Origin: the human T2T-CHM13v2.0 reference genome, Homo sapiens
DNA: 64,000 bases
Strand: one strand, 5' to 3'
Assembly: GCF_009914755.1 (NCBI RefSeq)
Contig: NC_060935.1
In this document: positions 28,130-41,478 of the stretch, piece after piece
Layout: each line of letters starts with the position of its first letter
How positions within the stretch are numbered: the stretch's first letter is position 1
The notes under the pieces: model-generated
Told to the model about the DNA's origin: nothing
Databases searched by the model: none
The model's input: the letters and a program-made list of their open reading frames with translations, nothing else
Program-made: the position numbers and the translations under genes

Positions 28130-30070
28130 GTAGATGAAAGATGAAAAATTAGAAGTTAGGATACATCTGGGACAGTTTGAGATAGCTTAATATATCTATC
28201 CATGTGGAATTCTGGAAGAAGAAAGAGAGAGAGAAAATCAGACCAAAAATTATTATTTGAAAAGACAGTGGCTTATAATTTTACTAACTCATAAAAGATA
28301 TTATTCCATAAAGCCATCAAGTCCACAGTAATTTAAGTAAATAAAAAATTCATAATCCACATCCAGCTGTATTATACTAACATTGCATAAACATAAACTC
28401 AAAACCAAAAAAAAAATTAAAGTTAGGGATGAGAGAGGGAGGGATGGAGATTTTACAGATTACTGGCAAATAATAAAATTTGAATGATTTTACAACAGCA
28501 AAAATAGAAGGGCTATGCCAGTGGAGTGACACCTTCAAAAAACTAACTCTAAATGCAGAATCTAAACCCATTAAATATATGTTTCAAGAAATAAAGCAAA
28601 ATACAACTATTTTCATATTAAAAAACGAAAAAATCAGAAAGTTTTCCACCAGCAGATCACACTAAAAGAAACATAAAACAAGGTATCTCAGGAAGAATGA
28701 AAGAAATCTCAAATGGTAGATTTTAGATTAAAGAAAAATTTAAAAAATTTAGAAACTATATGGGAAAATTTAAGTAAATATTAACTATATAGAATAAATA
28801 GTATTTAAATTGTTGTGTAGCCCAGCGTAAAATAAGAATTAAATTATATGACAACAGTTACATGTCAGCCAGGAAAGTGAGTTATATAGCAGTATTCTGA
28901 GAGTCTTCTCTAGTTTAGGAGGAGAAGGACATGATTGATTAATTTTACATTTTGGTAAGGGGATTTGTGTATCATAATTTATCAGATAACTAAAGTGATA
29001 ATAATAGAGTAAATACATTCTATATTGTGGATGAGGAGAGAATGAATTTGAAAATGTTCAGTAAACCCAAATAAAGGAAAAAAGAAGAGAAAAAGAAATA
29101 TAGAATAGGCAAGACATATAAAAAGCACAAAGTATGATACTAGTTATCAAACTTACATGGAAATTATATTAATTATGAATAGACTAAATTCTCTGGTTAA
29201 ACTACAAGGATTATTCCAAAGCAAAACCAACTATATGCTCTTTTTAAAAGATGAAAATAGGCCGGGCACGGTGGCTCACGCCTGTAATCCCAGCACTTTG
29301 GGAGGCAGGTGGATCATGAGGTCAGGAGATCAAGACCATCCTGGCTAACATGGTGAAACCCCATCTCTACTAAACATACAAAAAAAAAATTAGCTGGGCG
29401 TGGTGGGGGGGCACCTGTAGTCCCAGCTACTTGGGAGGCTGAGGCAGGAAAATGGCATGAACCCAGAGGTGGAGCTTGCAGTGAGCCAAGATCACACCAC
29501 TGCACTCCAGACTGGGCGACAGAGCGAGACTCCATCTCAAAAAAAAAAAAAAAGGTGAAAATAAAACATATGTAAAATTTTACACATAAATGTATAAATT
29601 TACATATGTATGTTTTAAATTGAAATAAAGTTAAAACATGCAGAATATGCTAAACAATATAATGTCAGAATTGGCTATTAATGTCAGATTAAATAATATT
29701 TATAGAATAAAACACTACAATAAACAAAAAGTTTCATTTTATAGTGATGAGCTTAAATTCACCAGAAATATATTATAATTTAAAAATTTATATGAATCTA
29801 ATGATATCCAGTTATTTGAGAAAATTAAACAATGTTATGTTTAAAATTGATGAATTATATCCATAATGAATGTTTACATTTACCTGTACAACTATTAAAA
29901 CAATGAAACAACAACAGCAAAAAATAAAAACCAGCAAAGATATAAATTGCAGCAACATAAGTAAAAACCTTACTTTCATATACACACACACTGGACCCAA
30001 AAGTGTGTGCACTAAGCAGTTGTAAAGATTCCACCCCAATGGACTTAGAATACTTATTAAAGATTTTACA
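28130..30070 (+). mobile_element. Highly decayed L1M (ORF1 to start of ORF2)
   Basis: ggaattctggaagaagaaagagaga, aacagcaaaaatagaagg..gccagtggagtgacaccttcaaa, caccagcagatcacactaaaagaa, aaaccaactatatgct. Confidence 0.6.
29260..29549 (+). mobile_element. AluY-like
   Basis: ggccgggcacggtggctcacg; agaccatcctggctaac; TSD aaaagatgaaaata / aaaaggtgaaaata. Confidence 0.92.
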
Positions 30071-30434
30071 ACATCAGTTACATAAAAATGCTATATGTTA
30101 TTATTAAGGTTTTAAAATATGTCTATGAACTGTCTCTGTCTATTTCACTAAATTTTCTCTTGGTAACTCTTCTCTTAAAAAAGTTTTAGATCTCTGCAAT
30201 CACATCTATGTCTCAGTTCTCTGACTTTGCCATTTTAGATCCCATTGACTGGAGTATTCTAGATGATTCCTACCCTTCTACAGACCATATTATGATTCAA
30301 CAGTTTGAAAAAACTTCCCTTTTTTCTTTTTTACTGGCATGTTTATACACACCTTTATACCATTGCAAATGACATAATAGAAATTGCCTTTTAATACTTA
30401 ATTTACAAGATAATTCCTTAGATAATAATCTTAC

Positions 30435-32791
30435 AGTATTAGTCCATTTTCATACTACTGATAAAGAGAATTTGTTAAGAAAATTTATAAAGGCAATTTA
30501 TAAAGAAAAGGAAGTTTAATGGACTTACAGTTCCACATGGCTGGGGAGGCCTCTCAATCATGGCAGACAGTGAAAAGGCACATTTTACATGGCGGCAGGC
30601 AAGAGAAAATGAGAGACAAGCAAAAGGGATCTCCCCTTACAAAACCATCAGATCTCGTGAGATTTGTTCACAACCATGAAAACAGTGTGGGAGAAATCGC
30701 CCCCATGATTCAATTATCTTCCACTAGGTTCCTCCCACAACACATGGGAATTATGGGAGCTACAATTCAAGATGAGATTTGGGTGGGGACACAGCCAAAC
30801 CATATCATTACACCCTGGCCCCTCCCAAATCTCATGTCCTCACATTTCAAAACCAATTATGCCTTCCCAAGAGTCCCCCAAAGTCTTAACTCATTTCAAC
30901 ATTAACTCAAAAGTCCATAGTCCAAAGTCTCATCTGAGACAAGGCAAGTCCCTTCTGTGTATGAGCCTATAAAATTAAAAGCAAGTTAGTTACTTCCTAG
31001 ATACAATGGGGGTATAGACATTGGGTAAATACAGCCATTCCAAATGGGAGAAATTGGCCAAAACAAAGGGGTTACAGGCCCCATGCAAGTTTGAAATCCA
31101 GCGAGGCAGTCAAACCTTAAAGCTCCAAAATAATCTCCTTTGACTCCATGTCTCATATCCAGGTCACAATGATGAAAGAGGTAGGCTCCCAAGGCCTTGG
31201 GCAGCTCCACCCCTGTGGTTTTGCAGGGAACAGCCTCCCTGTCTGCTGCTTTCATGGGCTGCCATTGAGTGTCTGTGGCTTTTCCAGGCACACAGTGCAA
31301 GCTGTAGGTGGATATACCATTCTGGGGTCTGGAGGACAGTTCTCACAGCTCCAGCAGGTGGTGACTCCGGGGTCTGGAGGCTCTCTTCTCACAGCTCCAC
31401 TAGTCAGTGCCTCAGTAGGGACTCTATGTGGAGGCTCTGACCCAAAAATGTCCCTTCTGCACTGCCCTAGCAGAGGTTTTCCATGAGAACTCTGCCCCTG
31501 AAGCAAACTTCTGCCTGAGCATCCAAGTGATTTCATACATCCTCTGAAATCTAGGTGGAGGTTCCCAATCTTCAATTCTTGACTTGCATCCACTCACAGG
31601 CTCAACACCACATGGAAGCTCCCAAGGCTTGGGGTTTGCACCCTCTGAAACCATGGCCCAAGCTGCACCTTGGTCCCTTTTAGCCATGGCTAGAGTGGCT
31701 GGGATGCAGGGCACCAAATTGCTAGGCTGCACACAGCAGGGGGTGCCTGGGCCTGGCCCATGAAACAAGTTTTTCCTCCCAGGCCTCCAGGCCTGTGATG
31801 GGAGGGGCTGATAGAAAGGTCTCTGACATACCCTGGAGACATTTTCCCCATTTTCCTGATGATTAACATTTGGCCCCTCATTACTTATGCAAATTTCTGC
31901 AGCTAGCTTGAATTTCTCCTCAGAAAATGGGTTTTTCTATTTTTTATCACATCTTCAGGCTGCAAATTTTCTGAACTTTTATGCTCTGTTTCCCTTTTAA
32001 AACTGAATGCTTTTAACAGCACCCAAGTAACCTCTTGAATGCTTTGCTGCTTAGAAATTTCTTCTGCTAGATACGCTAAATCATCTCCCTCAAGTTCAAA
32101 GTTCCACAAATATCTAAGGCAGGGGCAAAATGCTGCCAATCTCTTTGCTAAAACATAGCAAGTGTCAACTTTACTCCAGTTCCCAATAAGTTCCTCATCT
32201 CCATCTGAGACCACCTCAGCCTGGATTTCATTGGGTCCATATCATTATCAATATTTTGGTCAAAGCCATTCAACAAGTCTCTAGGAAGTTCCAAACTTTA
32301 CTACATTTTCCTGTCCTCTTCTGAGCCCTCCAAACTGTTTTAACTTCTGTCTGTTACCCAGTTCCAAAGTTGCTTTCACACTTTCGGGTATCTTTACAAC
32401 AGTACCCCGCTACCTGGTACCAATTTACTGAATTAGTCTGTTTTTACACTGCTGGTAAAGACCTACCTGAGACTGGGTAATTTACAAAGAAAAAGAGGTT
32501 TAATAGACTCACAGTTCCATGTGGCTGGAGAGGTCTCACAATCATGGTGGACAGTGAAAGACACATCTTGCCTGGTGGCAGACAAGAGAAAATGAGAGCC
32601 AAACAATAGGGGTTTCCCCTTATAAAACCATCAGATCTCATGAGATTTATTCACTACCACAAGAAGAGTGTGGGGGAAAACTACACCCATGATTCAGTTA
32701 TATCCCACTGGGTCACTCCCACAACATGTGGGAATTATGGGAGCTACAATTCAAGATGAGATTTGGGTGGAGACACAGCAAAACCATATCA
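30435..32791 (-). mobile_element. Complete THE1B-like MaLR element (LTR-internal-LTR)
   Basis: LTRs 30435-30807 and 32429-32791 both end ...gacacagc.aaaccatatca (reverse complement of TGATATGGTTT); ~1.6-kb THE1-int between them; TSD cttac / cttag. Confidence 0.93.
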
Positions 32792-32936
32792 CTTAGTTTT
32801 TTTTTTTTTTTAACTTTCACTTATCACTTTATTCAGCCTACAAAAGCTTACTAAGCTCCTTGTGCTGGAGCTAGGAACATGAAAATAAAGTGTAGCCTCT
32901 GCTCTGAGATTTCACCAGACAGGTAATAAATCAAAT

Positions 32937-33052
32937 ATGGTAGGGAGAATAATGACCCCTAAAGATGTCCACATCCTATGCCCCAGAACCTATGGATATT
33001 TTACTTTCCATGGCAAAAAGGGACTTTGTGAATGTGATTAAGATAAGGATTT
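32937..33052 (+). mobile_element. MLT1C/D LTR 5' fragment
   Basis: tggtagggagaataatgacccctaaagatgtccacatcct..ccccagaacctatggatat..catggcaaaaagggactttg. Confidence 0.75.
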
Positions 33053-33663
33053 TTTAAAATATGTTTTTGGAAAACAGGTGGTGTTTGATTACATGTATAA
33101 GTTCTTTAGTGCTGATTTCTGAGATTTTGGTGCACTTCTCACCTAAGCAGTGTACACTGCACCCACTGTGTAGTCTTTTATCCCTCACACCCTTCACACC
33201 CTTTCTTGTGAGTCTCCAAAGTCCACCATATCATTCTTATGCCTTTGTCTCCTCATAGCTCCCACTGATGAGTGAAAACATAGGATGTTTGGTTTTCCAT
33301 TCCTAAGTTTCTTCACTTAGAATTATGGTCTCCAACTCCATCTAAGTTGCTGCAAATGCCATTATTTTGTTCTTTTTTATGGCTGAGTAATATTCCATGG
33401 TATATATGTACCACATTTTCTTTATTCATGAGTTGATTAATGGGCCTTTGGGCTAGTTCCATATTTTGCACTTGCAAATTGTGCTGCTATAAACGTGCGT
33501 GTGCAAGTATCTTTTTCGTGTAATGACTTCTTTTCCTCTGGGTGGATATCCAGTGATGGGATTGCTGGATCAAATCATAGATCTACTTTTAGTTTTTTAA
33601 GGAATCTTCACATTGTTTTCCACAGTGGTTTTACTAGTTTACATCCCCACTAGTAGTGTAAAG
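33052..33663 (-). mobile_element. L1PB-like 3' end
   Basis: aacaggtggtgtttgattacatgtataagttctttagtg.tgatttctgagattttggtgcac; gggattgctggatcaaat. Confidence 0.85.
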
Positions 33664-34889
33664 GTAATAATAACTGCTCTTTAAACTTCTTGCTTAGTTG
33701 CATAAAGCAGCTGTTTTTAATTTACCTCTATCCCTGTATCTGTCCTGCTACAAAATTTAGGAACTTCTACTAATTCATACACACATGCACATGCACACAC
33801 ACAGACACAATCATTTCTATTGCCCTAAATCCTTCCCTCATATTCATGCCTACCCTTGTCTTTTAATCAAACACCTGTTTTAAAAAATACATAAATCATT
33901 TATTCTTCTACCTTTCCCCTGAGAGCTCAACAAGTTGGCTTCCTCCTTATGTGCAAATGATTCTCAAAATTATGCCTGTTACTGAAGCCAGCACTGATTA
34001 GTTGGAAGACTGGCCATACTAAATACATTCTCTTTTTTCATAAGCTCATGAGCGCAAATATGTGAAGCTGTGTTTTCTGTATGTTTACAACACAAATAAA
34101 TTTTATAACATATTGCAAACTTTAAAAAAAAAAGTCACCCATGCTTTAAAGACAGTTTTAGATATAATGTATATTAAATCATTCAGTAATGCTGATGGAT
34201 CTTCTGTCCTGCCTATTTCTTTAGTCATCACCCTGGCCTGCATTCTTCTATTTTCTCAAAAAAAGGATAATGTGGTAATCACTAGTCGCTGATACTTCTA
34301 TTACTATTACAATGCTTACAACATAACATTATTCTACATAAATATAAGTCTATGATTTTAAGACAAGGTGTAGGTAAATTTGGGGAAGGTGAAATTTCCA
34401 CAAGTTTTTAAGATATTGAAAAGGCATCTCTCCACATGTAAGATGAAAGAAAAGTTCATTTTGATCCATTAGTGATAATGATTTTGCTTCTAACTATATT
34501 GAAATAATTGAGAATATTTCTTATTATCCTTAAGGAGGAAATTCTACTCTTTGAAATGAGAGATTTTAAATATTTAATTTCAGAAAAAATGGCAGCTCCT
34601 ATATCTCTGTTAACATTGGGACAGAGAAAAATCTATAGCTACTAATGGGGTGATATGTCACTTAAGAAAGGTTTTTTTTTTTAAGGTTATTTTTATTGTG
34701 AAACTGTGCCAAATGTACTATTTTTCTTTTTATTTGTAGACGAAAATAATTATTAAGTTTACAGACACATGTCAATTGATACAGCTTAAATGTATTTACC
34801 CTCAGATGGAGGTTTGGAGGACTGTATATTGAATTGACTTTGCTAAGGCAACCTCTCTATTTATCTGTGTATTTACTCTTACACCTATT

Positions 34890-36025
<1,136 letters not shown>

Positions 36026-36868
36026 AGTTCAATGTATATTTTTAAGAAAAACTAAAGCTTAATTTGATCTTTCAATAAAAATATCGATACTACAGGAGAA
36101 ACTATAATTCATAAAAACTTAAAAATCTTAGTTTATACAGTTATGCAAAACAAAAACCTAGGAAAAACATTTTGATTTTCTCAGCAAAGGGCAATAATAG
36201 ATCCTGGGATACTCCTGCTGCCTTGAAATTCCAATTTTATTTCTGCTAAGTATTGGAGAAAATCATCATACAAAGCATGGGACATCACTTTACTAGATTT
36301 GAATGTTGTTAATAAACCTAAAACCTCTGAAAAGTGGCAGAGAGCCCAATTACGTAGAACATGGTTAAAACAGATGCTCCCTAACATACAATAGATTATG
36401 TAAACTGTCACAATTCATTTCAGCTGAGAGCATTTGAATGCCAAGACTTGGCTCCTTTGAAGGTCTGGCACACAATGACAAACAGGATTGCAGGATGCCT
36501 CTCTTAGGGTTGCACTATGAGTGATTACAGTCCAAAACTTCTAGTTCTCAGGTGTTCCCACTACTTCCACTGAGTTCTTACAACACTAGCATTGCTTAAT
36601 GTTACAAAAGAACAGACAAAATTGCTCAAAGGAATGCTGTATTTGCTGACACACTCTGTGTGAGTTGGAAGCTTACCTTAGATGAAATGACTAGAAAATA
36701 ATACTCTGAAGTGTCAACATTTGAAAATGTACTAGGCAAAGAAAGAACTGGGAGAAAGAATTGCCATCAGAGATAATAGAAAGGACAAAAATGAGGATGA
36801 GCTCTACATGTCCAAGAAACAGAAAGAACACCAGTGTGACTGGCCTGATTATTGGTGAATATCATGAA

Positions 36869-37160
36869 TTTTTTTTCTTTTAAGATGAAGTTTCACTCTT
36901 GTTGACCAGGTTGGAGCACAATGGCGCAATCTCAGTTCACCGCAACCTCTGCCTCCTAGGTTCAAGCGATTCTCCTGCCTCAGCCTCCTGAGTAGCTGAG
37001 ATTACAGGCACGTGCCACCACACCCAGCTAATTTTGTATTTTAAGTAGAGATGGGGTTTCTCCATGTTGGTCAGGCTGGTCTCGAACTGCTGACCTCAGG
37101 TGATCTGCCTGCCTTGGCCTCCCAAAGTGGGATTACAGGAGTGAGCCACTGCGCACGGCC
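36869..37160 (-). mobile_element. AluSp
   Basis: gtttcactcttgttg, ctaattttgtat, tttctccatgttggtcagg; TSD gaatatcatgaa at 36857-36868 and 37162-37173. Confidence 0.92.
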
Positions 37161-37206
37161 AGAATATCATGAAAATTTAAAAAACCGAGAGAGAGAGACC
37201 ACGTAA

Positions 37207-37541
<335 letters not shown>

Positions 37542-37611
37542 TTCAAACAAGTTTTGAGTCAAGCCAGAACTAGGCTCATTTATCACCACTCTTCAGTTTA
37601 TAACACGCTTT

Positions 37612-37752
37612 TCTTTCTTTTCTTTTTTTTAAAATAAGTTTTATTCTAAATATTTAAGGTAAACAACATGATGTCATGAGATACATATAGACAGTAAAAT
37701 GGTTACTATAGTGAAGCAAATTACCATATCCATCATCTCACATCCCACTTTG
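37612..37752 (-). mobile_element. L1MA-type 3' terminal fragment
   Basis: tatttaaggtaaacaacatgatg...gtaaaatggttactatagtgaagcaaattaccatatccatcatctcacat; degenerate TSD tataacac(g/t)cttttc. Confidence 0.75.
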
Positions 37753-37955
37753 GTATAACACTCTTTTCTTTTCCCAATGTGCCAACCTCAGTTTTCTTTG
37801 AAAACAAAATAAAACAAAACTTAATTTTAAAAATTTAGCCACAAAAAGCTGAAAATAAATTACATAACCCATAGATTTTTTTTACTTATCATATATTACA
37901 TGATTTGCTTGTTATATATTACATGATTATATATGATCACATTTTTTAGTATGAA

Positions 37956-38060
37956 TTTTATTTTCTTTATTTTTATTTTTTTACCATTATTTATTTATTT
38001 ATTTATTTTTTAAATTTTATTATTATTATACTTTAAGTTTTAGGGTACATACACACAATG
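37956..38060 (-). mobile_element. Very short L1PA 3' terminus plus A-rich tail
   Basis: ttattattattatactttaagttttagggtacat, the exact primate L1 terminus, with only ~30 nt of body. Confidence 0.8.
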
Positions 38061-38192
38061 TTATATAATCATGTAGAAGGCTCTACAATGCCTTCTCATG
38101 CTTGAAGTTACATATAGTAAAATAAGTGAACCAGAAAATAAACTTACTAGGGTATAAGTTCACTACTTTATGAAGCTCTTCAAATTTCCAAC

Positions 38193-38605
38193 TGTGGCAG
38201 AGACTATTGACTGTCCATTAAAGATTCATGTTCCCTTTCTCTTTTGTAGGCATGTTTCTAAGAAGCAGCTACACAGCCTGGTGCTGTAATTAGGGTACAT
38301 TAGAGTATGGCCTTGTGATTATTTCCCAAACATTGTGAGCTAATGTGATGTTGTTGCTCTTGTTGTTTCTGGACTGACATTATTAAGAAACAAGTTTTCT
38401 TTTCCACTTCCACTTTTTCCCATCCTGTTGCTGCCTAGAATTGTTGAAAATAGCAGAGCCACATTTGAGCAGTGCCTAGTCCTGGAATGATCTGAGACAG
38501 CATCTGGAAGATATCAACATCTGGCATTTGTGTAAAGGAGAGATAAACTCCTATTGTATTAAATCCACAGAGATATTTGGATGTCTGAGTTACCATAACT
38601 AATAT
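38193..38605 (+). mobile_element. MLT1J-like LTR
   Basis: tgtggcagagact start; gcagagccaca..gtgcct.gtcc.tggaatga; gagagataaactcctattgtattaaatccac.gagat. Confidence 0.65.
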
Positions 38606-38996
38606 GCCCTCTGATATTTTTGTGAGGACGTCAAATATTTTATGATTCAGGGTACAAGAAATTTTCTCTCTAGGCAGTAAAATTGACATTGATGTTTCTA
38701 TTTTAGTTGAGCATTATAACATGGGATCAATTGCTCTTTGATAAATTATTGGATCACCATTTACAAAGTATACACGAACATCACCTATACAGTTTAAGAT
38801 ATTTGGGCAGTTAAATTAACCAATCCTGATTTATCTCAACTTTATTTCCCAGGAGCTACAAAAGTCATATTTTGTCTAAAAAAGTCCAGTGTAAAGTGGC
38901 AGAGACTGAGTGTGACTTTCACAAGAAAGAATGTGCTTTCTTGGAGCAGGAAAATGAAATGGTAGAAAGGTATTATTCTACTGAAAAATTATTTGA

Positions 38997-39290
38997 GGGT
39001 GGGAGTAGTGGCTCAAGCCTGTAATCCTAGTACTTTAGGAGGCCAAGGTGGGCAGATGACTTGAACTCAGGAGTTCGAGACTAGCCTCAGCAACATGGTG
39101 ACACCCTGTCTCTACCAAAAATACAAAAAATTAGCCAGGCGAGGTAGCGTGCTTCTGTAATCCCAGCTACTCAGAAGGCTGAGGCAGGAGGATCGCCTGA
39201 GCCTGAGAGGTGGAGGTCACAGTGAGAGAGATTGTGCCACTGCATTCCAGGCTGGGTGACAGTGAGAATCTGTCTCAATACAAAATAAAA
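38997..39290 (+). mobile_element. AluJ
   Basis: cttgaactcaggagttcgagact, ggaggatcgcctgagcct; degenerate TSD aaaaattatttga / aaaaataaatttga. Confidence 0.9.
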
Positions 39291-40739
39291 AATAAATTTG
39301 AACACATAAAGAGTAAACAGTGTATAGAGCAGCAGACCATATAGTGGTCTATCAACTTCTATTTTCTCCAGTAAATCCTATTGATTATAGAAAGATTGTA
39401 TAAGTTCCATTTTAAAATAATAAAAAATACAAATGAATATTATTTTCAAAATAAACAAAAATATAAACTATATAAGTCTGTGTTTCAGTAGATTTATTCA
39501 ATCAGTTTCAGTTTGTTTATTCAATCAGCTAAGTAAAACATATTTTTCTCAAGTTGGGAGAATGGCATATGACTCATCATCCATATGTCATGTTATATTT
39601 TCCTCCTTTTAATATAGAAAAGTTGTGTATTTGATGGAACTCTTTAAATTTCCTTTGGTGTCCCATATTTACTGGGTGGTTACTGTTCTGAGAAACAATG
39701 AAGAGCTCTATGCTTGCTTTAGAGTTCTTAATTTTCTACAAAATTCTTTAAGGAATGAGCTGAAACAACTAAACAAGAACAAATTGAAACTCATCTTGTT
39801 CATGATGCTTTTGTTCATAATCCCGCTGCTGCTTGGAAAAAGGGCTCCTTTGTTTTTCATCTAGTACAAGTATTCATGTGTCTTTTTTCACTAGAGTTTT
39901 GAGTTTATATGTCTACACACTCATAATGAGGTAATTACTCTGTTAATTTGGCTTATTTTGACTTTAACATAATTTTCAAAATTTTCACATTGACTATAAA
40001 TGTATTTGTATGCTTTTCATATCTCAAAGATAGACAGTTAAGGGCGTGTATGTAAACCATATAGAACAATTCATGTGTCTACACACAGTCTTAATGGGTG
40101 ATACTTTGAAAAAGCTGATACATCTATACAAACAAAAATATTACCGGGCAGGGGAAAAAGGAAACATTTTTGCAAGGCTTATATTGTTGTAGGACTTGGT
40201 GTTGATTAAAGATAACAAAACTCACCTAAGACCAAATAACATAAAATGAAGCAGAATAGAAAAAATAAAATGATGAAGCAAACAGTTATCTTATTTATCA
40301 GATATAGAAAACAGTGATATACATCTAGTAATGTATTTAAATAAAATTTTAAAATATTAATCTGTAATATTATTATCTAAAGTCAATTCACTAACATTTC
40401 ACAATGAATTCTATTACCTTCATTAATTCATGATAAATGTTATTATTATTACCAGCATGTTATTATTGATAAAGATACATAAATAGTCACTGGGATATTA
40501 TAGTTCTATTTAACTGATACATAAAGCAATGCTATATTTAAATGTCAATTATTAATACTGAATAGAGGAACATTTAAATTTGATTTGCTTTTGTTAAATG
40601 TAATTGGGTATTTAAAAACTTTGGTAACCCTTATATTATTTTGTTTGGCCTAAAAGTACACTTTATGTTCTTTATTTATTAATTTTTCAAGCACAGTGGC
40701 TGATTGATGCAGATATTGAGCTTTTGCCATGTTAAAATT

Positions 40740-41478
40740 ACAATGTAATCTCATACCTAGCCTTAAGTTTAAAGTAAATACAGAGGAAAGAAGAACAAAT
40801 CAAACAATACCTTCAAAAAACAGTCAGACAATTCCAAACTATGGGACATTCTATAAGACAAATTAGTATAAACTGTACAAGAGGATCAATGTCACTTTGA
40901 AAAGTAGGAACTGTTCTAGAGTAAGAGACAAAACACATTTGTGAGTATCTTGATTAGATAATGGTAGACACGAAAAGAAAAGCTTCAGAAAAGAAACTTA
41001 TGACATATTGGGTATATTTAAATTTCAATTTGATAATAGAGGACATTAGGGAATTACTGTTAATATTTTTCATTTTCATACTATTAATATTGTTCATCAC
41101 ATAAACTAATGTGAAAACTAAAAAAAGTTTGAAATCAATTAGTATTTGGTTACATTAAATTTTGAGATATCACAAAAATAAAAACAAACTAGCTACTGGA
41201 GCTTATAATGTCATTTTATGTCACATAATATCCTTATTTTTCAGAGACATATGTTGAAATATTTAGGAATGGAGTGCAATGTCCACAACTTACTTTGAAG
41301 TGGTTCAGCAAAACACAGTTCTCCCATACACAGGTGCACACACATATACATACAATGAAATAAATTATAGAAATAAACTAAAAATAGTTAAATCTAGATG
41401 GAGAAGGTGTGGATTTATTATTCTACTATCATTTTACTTTTCCATATTTGTAAAAATTATAATAAAATCTTAAAAATG
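40740..41478 (+). mobile_element. L1ME-like 3'UTR
   Basis: atgggacattctataagaca, tatgttgaaatatttagg..tgtccacaacttactttgaagtggttcagcaaaa, aaatctagatgg...ataataaaa. Confidence 0.65.

Noticed and set aside
30519-32641. Cluster of 60-130 aa ORFs on both strands
   Set aside because: All lie within the THE1B element; fragments of degenerate MaLR sequence.
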